This document shows, in pieces, positions 18,675 through 28,775 of a stretch of DNA of 64,000 nt. The notes under the pieces are model-generated. The model saw only the letters and a program-made list of their open reading frames with translations. It was not told where the DNA came from and searched no databases. Positions within the stretch are counted from its first letter, which is position 1. The number at the start of each line of letters is the position of its first letter. This DNA comes from Candidatus Omnitrophota bacterium (GTDB taxonomy: Bacteria > Ratteibacteria > UBA8468 > B48-G9 > DTJG01). Where the stretch lies: contig JAMWCD010000008.1 in assembly GCA_023818965.1 (NCBI GenBank), positions 47,086-111,085 on the forward strand, given 5' to 3'. The position numbers were made by a program, and so were the translations under genes.

Positions 18675-21482
18675 ATGAAAGTCAAAAGTTTGCTGTTAGC
18701 AGTTGCTCTGGCTGCAACTGCAGTGCTTTTCTTAGTCCCGCAGTTTGCAAATGCAGCCATTGGAAATCAGGGTAGAATCTGTTATGTAAAAAATGTGACA
18801 AGGAATGCTGATGGAGTTATTACTCAGACAGGAAATCTTTTTGTAAAAGACCTTGCCACAGGCATTGAACAGCAGGTAACAAACTACACCCTTGGCGCTG
18901 GTAAAGTCATCCTGAACCCAATGTTCAATGCTGATGGAACAAAAATTATCTTCACATCCAATGAGACAGTTTCAGGCGACAATACATACAAGATTTACTA
19001 TGTTTCTGCTGATTCATCAAGTAACACCGGGGTTGGGATTTTGCTTCAAGGTGGGACTGGAAATGATTATAAATATGCTGCGATTTCCCCTGATGAAAAA
19101 ACAGTTGCCTTTGTATGGAGTTCAGCGAGCGGTGATTCCCTCTGGACATACAACAGGACCAATGGTATCTACACCCAGGTCTTTGATGATTCAAAAAATG
19201 GAACAACAATCAAGGATGTTGTGTTTGTCAATGCAACGACCCTTGCCTTTGTTGGGACAAAAAGCGGAATTCAGAATATTTACACTGTTGACCTGACAGG
19301 TCCAACAGCAACTATGTTGACAAACAACACAACAGCCAATGTCCAGTATCTTGGTTTGAAAAGTGCCATCAGGTCTGCAACGGCAGGAAATATGCTGATT
19401 TATAGCAAAAGGACAAAGTCAGGTACTCTGTGGTCACCATGGGACGTTTATGTGACAACATCGCTGATACCGTTTCTTGAACAGAATGTAACAAATACAA
19501 CGATCGCAGGCCAGGATGAATATGAACCCTGTTTCTATGGTGATGATAATGCAGGAAGGGATGTGCAACTTTCTGCCGGTTCAGGAAATATGTTCTATTC
19601 TGCAAAGGTGATTGGTTCTGCAAACAAAATATGGCAGGCAAACTTTTCCACATCTGGTTCAACAAATACTGGAAAGACACAGAGAACAGTTGATGATGAT
19701 GCAGCAGGTCTTCCTGACTGGGGTCCACCAATCATAGAATTAACTCCCACAGTAACTATTGATGACACTGAAATGGCTTTTACACAGGGAGCAGCATCAG
19801 ATGTACAGATATTCAAGGCAGGCTTTTCAAATGGGGCACTTGGTTATGCAACTCGCGTGCAAATTACAACATCAGGCAGTGGCTATATGCAGAATCCATC
19901 CCTTGGTGCAGCAAGGATTGTAGCTGATGTTGGTGGTCCGACAAATCCAACCCAGATTATAAGGACAAACTCAGATGGTTCAGGCAGGGTTGACTTTGTT
20001 AATCTCACTGGCTCTGTAACAAAAGTCAAATCACCGTCCATTACTCCTGATGGGAAATGGGTTGTTTATGTTGCTAAGGATGGAACTACGTGGAAGATAA
20101 AAGCAAAACTTCTGACAAAGACCGCTGCTGATCTATCTGTAGATGTGAAGGCAGCGCCAGAACAGTCAGAGGCAGAAATTGAAGACCCTGTTGTTTCTCC
20201 TGATATGGGAAGCATTGTCTGGGTAGAAAATCTCGGAGGTCAGAGAACAATCTATAAGCAGGGTGTCACATTTGACGCAACAGCAGGCACTGTTTCACTT
20301 GTTGGTTCTGCCCAGATTATGGGTGGAAATACAAGCCAGGTCTGGAATGATAGCCAGCCGAGTTTTTCACCTGATGGTTTAAAAATCATCTTTGTTTCTA
20401 ACAGAGATGGCACAACATACATCTATACAATGGATGCCAATACAGGCCTTGGTGTAACAAGATTCCCTGTACCTGCAGGAATAACAAATCCTGCATACCC
20501 TGTTTATAATCCAATCAATGATGGTTCAATTGCTTTTGTTGCTGATAGTGGTGCAGAAAGACATATTTACACAGCAACATCAGCAGGAGCTACTACTGAC
20601 CAGTTCCCTGTTGGTGTAGGTGCAACATTGAATGGAGAGAAATTCTCCTGGGCAATTAAGAGAGCACCAGGTGAAATCACTGCTACAAGAACACTTCAAT
20701 CAAGGGTTGCCGCTGGAGAAACATTAACTTACACCATCAAGATTGATGTTGATGATGGTAAGAAACCTGTTGGTTATACCCTTGAAGAAGTCGTTCCAAA
20801 ATGGACAGTGGGTACCATCAAGGTTGACGGTACAACCACTACAAATTTCTACGAGCTTCAGGATACTCCGGTTGCTGGACTTACAACACTCAGGTTTGTA
20901 TTTATGAACATTTCTGGCGTAGCAGGGGATGTTTCAGACCATATCATTACTATAAATTTGACTGCCACTGATTCTGGAACAAAGAGTTTCTCAGGCACTA
21001 TCAATTACACCATGGATGGTGCTGATCAAACAGCAAATGTCACTGGAAACGGTAGTTTGCTTGTTTCCAAACCATACTGTCCTGTTGATATTTACAACGA
21101 TAAGGGTGAAAGAGGAAAGCCGAATGGAATCATTGAGGACAGGGATTTGCTGTATGCTATCAATGCCTGGGCAAACAGTTTGCAACTTCCTGGATATGGT
21201 CCTGCCTGGCCCGCAAACCCGGACACTCACTGGGATGGAATTATTCTCGCTGTGGTTGAAATCTGGGCAAGCCGTGCAACAACACGAGGGTACTACTGGA
21301 AGTCAAGTGGCGCAGCACCAAATCCTGCCCAGGTTGCAGCATCAGAGGCATCAGAAAAAGTCGGTCGGTACCTGTACATTGGAGACAGGGATGGTGATAC
21401 CACTGTAGATACATACTCTCGTTCTGGTGCATCATCCGGTGTTCCTGAAATGTACTGGACACAGGGTAAGTGGTCTGATTGA
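18675..21482 (+). CDS. secreted TolB-like PD40 beta-propeller giant protein (935 aa) with C-terminal DUF11-like domain and dockerin-like 'DRDLLYAINAWANS' tail
   Basis: SD 'aggagg' 5 nt upstream. Signal peptide 'MKVKSLLLAVALAATAVLFLVPQFANA'. PD40-like 'FNADGTKIIFTSNE', 'ISPDEKTVAFVWSS', 'FSPDGLKIIFVSNRDG'. The C-terminus is paralogous to 22984..26313. Confidence 0.8.
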   Translation: MKVKSLLLAVALAATAVLFLVPQFANAAIGNQGRICYVKNVTRNADGVITQTGNLFVKDLATGIEQQVTNYTLGAGKVILNPMFNADGTKIIFTSNETVSGDNTYKIYYVSADSSSNTGVGILLQGGTGNDYKYAAISPDEKTVAFVWSSASGDSLWTYNRTNGIYTQVFDDSKNGTTIKDVVFVNATTLAFVGTKSGIQNIYTVDLTGPTATMLTNNTTANVQYLGLKSAIRSATAGNMLIYSKRTKSGTLWSPWDVYVTTSLIPFLEQNVTNTTIAGQDEYEPCFYGDDNAGRDVQLSAGSGNMFYSAKVIGSANKIWQANFSTSGSTNTGKTQRTVDDDAAGLPDWGPPIIELTPTVTIDDTEMAFTQGAASDVQIFKAGFSNGALGYATRVQITTSGSGYMQNPSLGAARIVADVGGPTNPTQIIRTNSDGSGRVDFVNLTGSVTKVKSPSITPDGKWVVYVAKDGTTWKIKAKLLTKTAADLSVDVKAAPEQSEAEIEDPVVSPDMGSIVWVENLGGQRTIYKQGVTFDATAGTVSLVGSAQIMGGNTSQVWNDSQPSFSPDGLKIIFVSNRDGTTYIYTMDANTGLGVTRFPVPAGITNPAYPVYNPINDGSIAFVADSGAERHIYTATSAGATTDQFPVGVGATLNGEKFSWAIKRAPGEITATRTLQSRVAAGETLTYTIKIDVDDGKKPVGYTLEEVVPKWTVGTIKVDGTTTTNFYELQDTPVAGLTTLRFVFMNISGVAGDVSDHIITINLTATDSGTKSFSGTINYTMDGADQTANVTGNGSLLVSKPYCPVDIYNDKGERGKPNGIIEDRDLLYAINAWANSLQLPGYGPAWPANPDTHWDGIILAVVEIWASRATTRGYYWKSSGAAPNPAQVAASEASEKVGRYLYIGDRDGDTTVDTYSRSGASSGVPEMYWTQGKWSD

Positions 21483-21719
21483 TGTGTAGTTAGAAGTAAA
21501 AAGGGGAGGGATTTTTTTTCCCTCCCCTTTTTTTTAACCTCCCCTTAACCCCCTCCTGAATCCCCCTATTTTTCCCTTTCATAAATTCCACCTCCATCTT
21601 CCCCCTTTTCATAAAGCGGGATTGAGGGGGATTTCATCTTTTAAATCCACCCCAACCCTCCTTTAGAAAAGGAGGGAGACCGGTGGGGACAACGGGGGAT
21701 TGAAAGGGGAATTTTCCAC
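21483..21719. repeat. palindromic repeat array
   Basis: 'aaaaggggagggattttttttccctccccttttttt' is a perfect hairpin, probably the terminator of the upstream gene. F1 and F3 units follow. Confidence 0.75.
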
Positions 21720-21747
21720 TTGACAAAAATAAAAAATGGGGTACAAT
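21720..21747 (+). promoter_or_regulatory. sigma70-type promoter TTGACA-16-TACAAT, 6 nt before ATG 21754 (near-leaderless)
   Basis: 'cTTGACAaaaataaaaaatggggTACAATttttttATG'. Confidence 0.4.
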
Positions 21748-21753
21748 TTTTTT

Positions 21754-22656
21754 ATGGCTCGTCAATACTTTGCTGTGCGGGTGAAATTTGTTGCTACTTT
21801 TTTGTTTGTTTCCTTTTTCTCGTCCTTTGTTTTTGCTGAAAACACTGCAGTTAGAGACCTTCCTGAACAATACACGCCTGGCTCAAATATTAATGTTTCA
21901 ATTTCTGTGACTATGGACCCGCAGTATCCAACAAACGGTGTTGTTATAACAGAAAACCTGCCGCAGGGCTGGGCAATTGTTCAGTCAAATCCTTCCTGGA
22001 GCAAATACATCGCAAGCACAAACACCTATAAGTGGCTTTCATTTAGCAGTGGATCCATTGGTTCTTTTAATATCACATACACTCTTAGTGTGCCTGGCAA
22101 TGCTTCAGGTAATTATGAATTCACTGGTACAATTTATGATGGCTATTCAATAAGAGATATTACTGGTGATACAGTAATTTCTCAATTGCCACAGGTTGGT
22201 TCGCCTGTTTTTTCTCCGCAGCCCGGAAATTTTTATAATTTTTTTCCTGATGTAGAAATCGCCTGTTCCACAGAAAATGCTGTAATTCATTATACAATTG
22301 ATGGAAGTGAGCCCGATGAAAATTCTTCAGTTTATTCATTACCGCTGCATATTACACAATCAACAACAATAAAGGCGCGCGGATATAAACAGGGTATGTC
22401 GCCGAGTTCAATTGCACAGGGTGTTTACAATATTGAGATTCAAAAAGGAGATATCAACAGGGATGGAATAATTGATATTTCTGATGTGATTTTGTGTTTG
22501 AGGATGGCAGTTGAACTTGATATAACAGTTGACCAGCAGTCATACAGCAAGCCATATAATGATTGGTTGATTGCAATTGCTAATATGAATGATGACTCAG
22601 TAGTTGATATTTCAGATGTGATTAAGGTTTTGAGAAAGGCGATAGAGCTTGATTGA
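21754..22656 (+). CDS. secreted protein: DUF11-like domain, chitobiase/hexosaminidase-C-like (Fn3-associated) domain, C-terminal dockerin type I module
   Basis: 'ENLPQGWAIVQSNP...YKWLSF...ITYTLSVPGNASGNYEFTGTIY'. 'ACSTENAVIHYTIDGSEPDENSSVY...TTIKARGYKQGMSPSS'. The dockerin has two 'D-x-N-x-DG-x-x-D-x-S-D' segments: 'GDINRDGIIDISDVILCLRMAV' and 'ANMNDDSVVDISDVIKVLRKAI'. Confidence 0.75.
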   Translation: MARQYFAVRVKFVATFLFVSFFSSFVFAENTAVRDLPEQYTPGSNINVSISVTMDPQYPTNGVVITENLPQGWAIVQSNPSWSKYIASTNTYKWLSFSSGSIGSFNITYTLSVPGNASGNYEFTGTIYDGYSIRDITGDTVISQLPQVGSPVFSPQPGNFYNFFPDVEIACSTENAVIHYTIDGSEPDENSSVYSLPLHITQSTTIKARGYKQGMSPSSIAQGVYNIEIQKGDINRDGIIDISDVILCLRMAVELDITVDQQSYSKPYNDWLIAIANMNDDSVVDISDVIKVLRKAIELD

Positions 22657-22980
22657 AATCTGGTAAAGGAGTAAAATTATTGTGGCTCTTTGAAATCCCC
22701 CTCTGTCCCCCTTTAATAAAGGGGGAAGATGAGCGAAGGATGAAAAAGGGGGAAGTTATATTCTTCTCCCTCCTTTGATAAAGGAGGGTCGGGGGTGGAT
22801 TTAGAGGATTAAAATCCCCCTTTGTCCCCCTTTGAAAAAGGGGGAAGAAGGAAGAGGGGTTTGGTAAAGGGGGAGGATGAGAGTAGCTTGAAAAAGGGGG
22901 AGATGAAAGAGAAATTCGAAAAAGGGGGAATGGAAGGGGATGTTGGCAATAAAAATCAAAAAATGGATTTAATATAACAG
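22657..22980. repeat. palindromic repeat array in inverted orientation relative to most other arrays
   Basis: 'aatccccctctgtccccctttaataaagggggaag' is the reverse complement of the F1 unit. Confidence 0.75.
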
Positions 22981-22983
22981 GAG

Positions 22984-25900
22984 ATGAGTGTGAAAATAAT
23001 GAAATTTTTAACAATAGGACTTCTTACAATTTTTGGACTTGTAATTATTGCGAATGCAGCCAGTGTTTCAGGTCCAGGAACAATAAGAGTCAGGGCAGGT
23101 GGAACAGGAAGTTTTTCTTCAAACACATACACTGCGACTTATGGAACTGGAGACAGTGGTGATTTTATATGGACAGAAACAGGGACTATTCCTGGAGGGT
23201 TCATTTCAATTTCACGGAATCCTCCATCGCCTTTTTCAACAGCGACCCTTAGTGTTTCTGCGTTTTCAGGGACTACGCCTGGTTCTTATGATATCCGTGT
23301 GAATGCCTATCCTGCTACTGGTACTGCTGGAACACGTGCTGTTACAATTATTGTTGTTGAAGGTCTTGGAAGTATTTCTCCAACGTCATTGCCTGATGGA
23401 AAGGAAAATACGTCGGTCAATGTTCAATTTACTGTTTCAAGTGGCACAGGTAATTACGAGTGGAGTGTTTCAGGTGCGCCATCTGGTGTGACAATGAATA
23501 GTTCAACAGGACTTTTGTCAGGTGCACCATTACAGGGTACTGCTGGCAATTATAATTTGACTATTTTTGTGACTGATAATACTGATCCTGTTCAGAGTAC
23601 ACAGATTTCAATTCCGTGGAGAATTTTACCTGCGTATATTCCACTGTCAAATCAGGGACAGATTTGTTATGTGAAGAACATTGTCAGGGATACAAATGGC
23701 ATTATTACAAGCACTGGCGACCTTTATGTGAAGAATTTACAGACAGGAGTTGAAAGAAGAATTACAAATTACTCAACAACTGGAACAGGAGCAATTTTAA
23801 ATCCAATGCTCACTCCTGATGGTTCAAAGGTTCTTTATACATATAGCCCCAATCCATCAACAACAAATTTCAGGATTTATCTTGTCAGTACACTGTCAAC
23901 TGTTTCAGGAACAAACCAGGGTTTGATTTTGAAGAAAAATAATCAGGAAGCAATACCATCTACAATGAATACAAAGTATGCTGCAATCTCTCCTGATTAC
24001 AATGGTTCTTCTGGTCTTATTGTTTTTACTTACGAAAAAAGTGATAGGTCAGAACTATGGCTTTACAATTTTTTCACTGAAAGTTTGAGTCAGTTGAGGT
24101 CAGAAGCAAATATGTACATCAGGCATCCTGTATTTTTGAATACAGGATCCATCGCATTTGTTGGCGTGAAAAATGGAGTGCAGGATATCTATGTGATTGA
24201 TACAAATGGAACAAATTACAGGAAACTTACCACAAATGTACCCATAAGTCCTGAATACGATAGAATCCAGAGCGGGTTTAGAAATCCGAATTTGACAAAT
24301 CCACTTTTGATTTATGGCAAAAGATATTATGATAGCCAGAGGTACAAATACAGCGACTGGGATGTTTATGTTTCTGAACTGGATATGACTTCAGGAACCC
24401 TTACTGAATACAGGGTAACTGAGACACCGGATATTGATGAATTCAGCGCTGCGTTTTTTGGCGATTCAACAGAAAGGGACTTTGTTACACTTGTTAGAGA
24501 CAGTGGACAGATGTTTTATGAAGCAGCAGTTATTCCAGGAATACGCAATGTCTGGCAGACAAACTATGACACAGTTACACCAGCCAATAGCAATGCTTTG
24601 AAGCAGGAAAGGACTTCAGAAAGTAGTCATACAGGGCTTGTTAACTGGTCTCCACTTCCACCATCAGAAGTGCCTGAAGCAATTGCAATTGAAAATACAC
24701 GGCTTGTTTATATCAAACAGGCAGGTTCGTATAATGAAGTTTTCAGGTCTGACTGGACTGGTTCTGGTTTTGATACAACTGGAACACAATTAACTCCTTC
24801 TGGCTCTGACGCACATAAATCAAATCCATCAATCTCAAGAAATGGTGGACTTATTTCATTTACAATGGGCTCAATACCAAAGGATGTTTACAGAATAAAT
24901 AACGATGGTTCATCTCTTACAAGATTTGCAGGTCAATATCCCTATAATACCGATTATTCAACACTTTCACCTGATGGAAACTGGATTGTTTATGTTAGAA
25001 AAGAAACACCCAACGGCTATGCCATTTATGCAAAACCATCAACGAACGATTATTCAGGACAGGAAACAGCGATAGTAACAGGAATTTCTGCCAGTGAGAT
25101 TGATGCACCATCTTTTAATCCTGATATGACAAAAATTATTTATGCAGCGCGAGACCCTGGCGGATATTTTGATATTTACTATGTACCTGTGACAGTTGAT
25201 ACCATCAATAAAAAAATCACACCACTTTCTTCGCCTATAAACCTTACAAACACAGAATTTATTAATGAAAGAATGCCTTCATTCTCAAACACAGGCACAA
25301 AAATCATCTATTGTTCTGACAAAGAACTTACACCCGAAGAATATGAAATTTACACAATGAATGTCAGTGGTTCAGGAATTGAAAAGGTTGTTTCAGGACC
25401 AGGTCATATGTGGCCCATTTACAGTCCTGTTTCTGATACTGCAGCAGGTACTGATGTAATCGGGTATATTGAAAATGGCGAAATTATCTATGCGACACTT
25501 TCACGCACAGCACCACCTGGTTCTCCTTCAGGACAGAATCCAGTTTCAAATGTCATAAACACAGGAATTTCTGTACCAGCAGGTTATGAAAGATTTGGTT
25601 GGGGTAGGAAAAGAGGGGATGGAACAATTATTGCAACAAGAACTCTTCCAGCATCACTTGCAGCAGGCCAGCAAATAGTATACCAGATTTCTGTTGATGT
25701 TGATGAGGCAAAAATACCAAATTCATTTATCATCAATGAAACATTTTCAGACCAGTTTACTGGGGTTAGTGTCCTTGTTGATGGAACAACTGCAAACACA
25801 ACAATTTATCAATATCCGTCAGCAGGGCTTCAGACATTGAAACTTACCTTTATGAATGGGATGAATGGCGGAGTAAAAGACCATGTGATACGGATAACAA

Positions 25901-26313
25901 TGACAACACCATCTGCCACTGGTACTCAGGCATTTGTTGGCAACATCAATTATTCAATTGATGGTATTCCAAGGACAGAAACAATCAGTGGGAATGGTTC
26001 AGTAAGTGTTGATAAACCATATATGCCTGTTGATATTTATGATGCAAATGGCTTGATTTCTGCTGATGGAATTATACAGGACTTTGATTTACTCTATGCC
26101 ATAGATGCTTGGGCAAGGGATGCTCAATTGACAGGTTACGGCATTGTCTGGCCACAAAATCTTGCGAACTGGGACAAAATTCTGATTGGTTTTGCTGGCA
26201 ATCCTGGAATTATTCCAATATGGGCAAATTCAACATATCAGGGTGGTTATACTTATGATGCATCAAATCCTGGCGCTGCATATGAGATGTACTGGAAATC
26301 TGGGAATTTCTAA
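22984..26313 (+). CDS. secreted giant protein (about 1109 aa): putative Ig (He_PIG-like) domains, TolB-like PD40 propeller, C-terminal DUF11-like domain and 'DFDLLYAIDAWARD' tail
   Basis: Signal peptide 'MKFLTIGLLTIFGLVIIANA'. The start may be GTG 22990, which sits 6 nt after the SD 'caggag'. 'PSGVTMNSSTGLLSGAPLQGTAGNYNLTIFVTD' is Ig-like. Blocks such as 'QGQICYVKNIVRDTNGIITSTGDLYVKNLQTG' align with the 18675 protein. Confidence 0.8.
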   Translation: MSVKIMKFLTIGLLTIFGLVIIANAASVSGPGTIRVRAGGTGSFSSNTYTATYGTGDSGDFIWTETGTIPGGFISISRNPPSPFSTATLSVSAFSGTTPGSYDIRVNAYPATGTAGTRAVTIIVVEGLGSISPTSLPDGKENTSVNVQFTVSSGTGNYEWSVSGAPSGVTMNSSTGLLSGAPLQGTAGNYNLTIFVTDNTDPVQSTQISIPWRILPAYIPLSNQGQICYVKNIVRDTNGIITSTGDLYVKNLQTGVERRITNYSTTGTGAILNPMLTPDGSKVLYTYSPNPSTTNFRIYLVSTLSTVSGTNQGLILKKNNQEAIPSTMNTKYAAISPDYNGSSGLIVFTYEKSDRSELWLYNFFTESLSQLRSEANMYIRHPVFLNTGSIAFVGVKNGVQDIYVIDTNGTNYRKLTTNVPISPEYDRIQSGFRNPNLTNPLLIYGKRYYDSQRYKYSDWDVYVSELDMTSGTLTEYRVTETPDIDEFSAAFFGDSTERDFVTLVRDSGQMFYEAAVIPGIRNVWQTNYDTVTPANSNALKQERTSESSHTGLVNWSPLPPSEVPEAIAIENTRLVYIKQAGSYNEVFRSDWTGSGFDTTGTQLTPSGSDAHKSNPSISRNGGLISFTMGSIPKDVYRINNDGSSLTRFAGQYPYNTDYSTLSPDGNWIVYVRKETPNGYAIYAKPSTNDYSGQETAIVTGISASEIDAPSFNPDMTKIIYAARDPGGYFDIYYVPVTVDTINKKITPLSSPINLTNTEFINERMPSFSNTGTKIIYCSDKELTPEEYEIYTMNVSGSGIEKVVSGPGHMWPIYSPVSDTAAGTDVIGYIENGEIIYATLSRTAPPGSPSGQNPVSNVINTGISVPAGYERFGWGRKRGDGTIIATRTLPASLAAGQQIVYQISVDVDEAKIPNSFIINETFSDQFTGVSVLVDGTTANTTIYQYPSAGLQTLKLTFMNGMNGGVKDHVIRITMTTPSATGTQAFVGNINYSIDGIPRTETISGNGSVSVDKPYMPVDIYDANGLISADGIIQDFDLLYAIDAWARDAQLTGYGIVWPQNLANWDKILIGFAGNPGIIPIWANSTYQGGYTYDASNPGAAYEMYWKSGNF

Positions 26314-26895
26314 AAGTAGATTTATCCACAACAACATTATTAAATCCCCCTTTTATAAATCCCGCTCGTTTCTTCCCCCTTTCATAAAACCTCCTCTTTT
26401 AACTTCCCCCTTTTTCAAATTCCCCTCCAATTTCCCCCTTTTTCAAAGGGGGACAAAGGGGGATTTAAATCCACCCCAGCCCTCCTTTAGAAAAGGAGGG
26501 AGAAAAATATAATTTCCCCCTTTTGTAAAGGGGGACGCAGGGGGATTAAAAAGGAGGGAGAGGAAGGAAGGTAAAGGGGACTAAAGGGGGATTGAAAAGT
26601 AGGGAGAAGAATATAATTTTCCCCTTTTTCAAATTCCTCCTCCAATTTCCCCCTTTCATAAAGGGGGATTGAGGGGGATTTAAGGTAGTTTCTCCCTTTT
26701 TCAAAGGGAGATGCAAGAGGGATTTTTAGCCCATCCTTTTGGCTATTCTTTGCCTCGTTTCCTCTCCCTTGAGGGGAGAGGACAAAAGGTGAGGGTGGCT
26801 GTGTAGGAGAATAACCTCCCCTTGCATCCCCTCCTTTCAGGAGGGGAAAGAGGGGAGGTGGTAAAGGTGGATTAGGGGGGATTTTAAGAGGCAAA
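26314..26895. repeat. large palindromic repeat array (F1, F3, F2, 140-bp composite, F4)
   Basis: Contains the second copy of the 140-bp composite unit at about 26718-26860. Confidence 0.85.
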
Positions 26896-26903
26896 ATTGA
26901 ACA

Positions 26904-27506
26904 GTGAATAAAATGATGAAAAAACTAATTTTTTTGGTTTCTTTAATTGGTTTTTCATTTTGCTTTTCAGAAACAACTGGAACAAGAACATTGCCTGCAA
27001 CCTATACTCCAGGTGGTATAATTACTGTTAGAATTAATGTCAGTGTTGACCCTGGTGTTACTGGCGTTATTGTGAAGGAATACCTGCCATCTGACTGGAT
27101 TGTTTCAGAGACAATGTCAGTGCCTGCACCAGCGAAACTTGAATTTGAAGGCGGCAACAGAATTTACAGCTGGTTGAAATTTGATTCTGGCGGTGTTTCT
27201 TCTTTTTCCATAACATACAAAATTTATGTTCCTTCTTCTGCAAGCGGCGATTATTCCTTTTATGGAAGTGTGTTAACTCTTGGTAATCCTGACGGCAGTG
27301 AAATATCAGGTGATAATATTCTTCGCGGTAATATTGGAGATATCAATAATGATGGAGTTGTTGATATTTCAGATGTGATTTTGTGTTTGAGGATGGCAAT
27401 TGGACTCAGTGAACCCGATATTGCGAAGGCAGATTTAAATAATGATGGAATCGTTGATATTTCTGATGTGATACTGATATTGAGAATTTCAATCGGGTTA
27501 TTGTGA
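26904..27506 (+). CDS. secreted DUF11-like domain protein with C-terminal dockerin type I module
   Basis: Signal peptide. 'EYLPSDWIVSETM...YSWLKFD...ITYKIYVPSSASGDYSFYGSV'. Dockerin 'GDINNDGVVDISDVILCLRMAIGLSEPDIAKADLNNDGIVDISDVILILRISIG'. Confidence 0.8.
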   Translation: MNKMMKKLIFLVSLIGFSFCFSETTGTRTLPATYTPGGIITVRINVSVDPGVTGVIVKEYLPSDWIVSETMSVPAPAKLEFEGGNRIYSWLKFDSGGVSSFSITYKIYVPSSASGDYSFYGSVLTLGNPDGSEISGDNILRGNIGDINNDGVVDISDVILCLRMAIGLSEPDIAKADLNNDGIVDISDVILILRISIGLL

Positions 27507-27745
27507 TTGCTGAAATTTCTGTTCCTCCTTTCGGCTAATAATCCACCCCCACCCTCTAAATCTCCCTTCCTTTCCCATTTTGCAACCTCCCTCTCATCTT
27601 CCCCCTTTCATAAATTCCTCCTCTGTTCTCCCCCTTTTTCAAAGGGGGACAAAGGTGGATTGAAAAGAAGGGGAAAGAGAGGAGGTGGTAAAGGGGGACT
27701 AAGGGAGATTGAAAAGGAGGGAGACCAATAGGAACACAGGGGAGA
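27507..27745. repeat. palindromic repeat array
   Basis: 'ccacccccaccctctaaatctcccttcc', 'tctccccctttttcaaagggggacaaaggtggatt'. Confidence 0.7.
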
Positions 27746-27763
27746 TTACGGGAAAAGCGGATA

Positions 27764-28771
27764 TTATTTCTTCCACACTCCAGCGATTTCAAGACCACAT
27801 TTTTTGCAGCGGCCGCGCACAATATTATTTTGTGAAATAATGTAGCCCTCTCTTTCAATCAGCAAGAATCCGCACTTCGGACATATTGTATTTTCACCCG
27901 GGTCTCCAGGGATATTTCCTGTGTAGACATAATGGAATCCGCGCTCAAATGCCATTGTTCTGAATTGTCTCACTTTTTCAACAGGCGTTGGATAATGCTC
28001 ACTCATTTTATATGTCGGATAGAACCTCGAGAAATGCCATGGAATATCAAAAGATATTTTTGAAAGGGAACTGGCAAGAAAATTAAATGTTTCATCGCTG
28101 TCATTATATTCAGGAATTACAAGAGTTGTGACCTCAACCCAGATGCCATAATTTTTCATTGCCTCAATATTATTCAATACTGGGCCAACATGTGCTCCAC
28201 ACAGTTCCCTGTAGAATTTTTCATCACCCTTCAAATCAACATTCGCTGCATCAAGATATGGCGCAATTTTTTTTAATGCTTCAGGACTCATATATCCATT
28301 TGTTACAAAATTATTTTTTAATCCTGCCTGTTTTGCAAGTACAGCACACTCAAATGCATATTCAAAATAAACTGTTGGTTCAGTGTAAGTGTAGGAAATA
28401 CTTTCGCATCTGTATTTTTTCGCAAGTGAAACGATCTCCGCTGGACTTAAAGTGTTACCGTATCCTGAATAATTACTGCTTGCCTGCGAAATTTCAAAAT
28501 TCTGACAGAATGGACATTTGAAATTGCAACCCATGGTTGCAATTGAAAATGAAGTGCTACCTGGTAAAAAGTGGTAAAATGGTTTTTTCTCAATCGGGTC
28601 AATATTTGTTGCTATCGGGAAGCCATAAACAAGAGAAAAAAGTTCTCCGTTGCGATTTATTCTAACATTGCATTTTCCACGATTACCATCTTCGATGATG
28701 CAAAAATGGTTGCATAGTCGGCATCTAACCTTTTTACCTTCAAGTTTTTCCTGAAACAAAGCAAGATGCAT
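27764..28771 (-). CDS. amrS: AmmeMemoRadiSam-system radical SAM enzyme (AmrS-like, PFL-activase-like)
   Basis: N-terminus 'CRLCNHFCIIEDGNRGKCNVR' followed by the CxxxCxxC cluster 'CNFKCPFCQN', then 'KCGFLLIE...CKKCG' at the C-terminus. No AMMECR1 or Memo partner genes are nearby. Confidence 0.75.
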   Translation of the reverse strand: MHLALFQEKLEGKKVRCRLCNHFCIIEDGNRGKCNVRINRNGELFSLVYGFPIATNIDPIEKKPFYHFLPGSTSFSIATMGCNFKCPFCQNFEISQASSNYSGYGNTLSPAEIVSLAKKYRCESISYTYTEPTVYFEYAFECAVLAKQAGLKNNFVTNGYMSPEALKKIAPYLDAANVDLKGDEKFYRELCGAHVGPVLNNIEAMKNYGIWVEVTTLVIPEYNDSDETFNFLASSLSKISFDIPWHFSRFYPTYKMSEHYPTPVEKVRQFRTMAFERGFHYVYTGNIPGDPGENTICPKCGFLLIEREGYIISQNNIVRGRCKKCGLEIAGVWKK

Positions 28772-28775
28772 AGCA

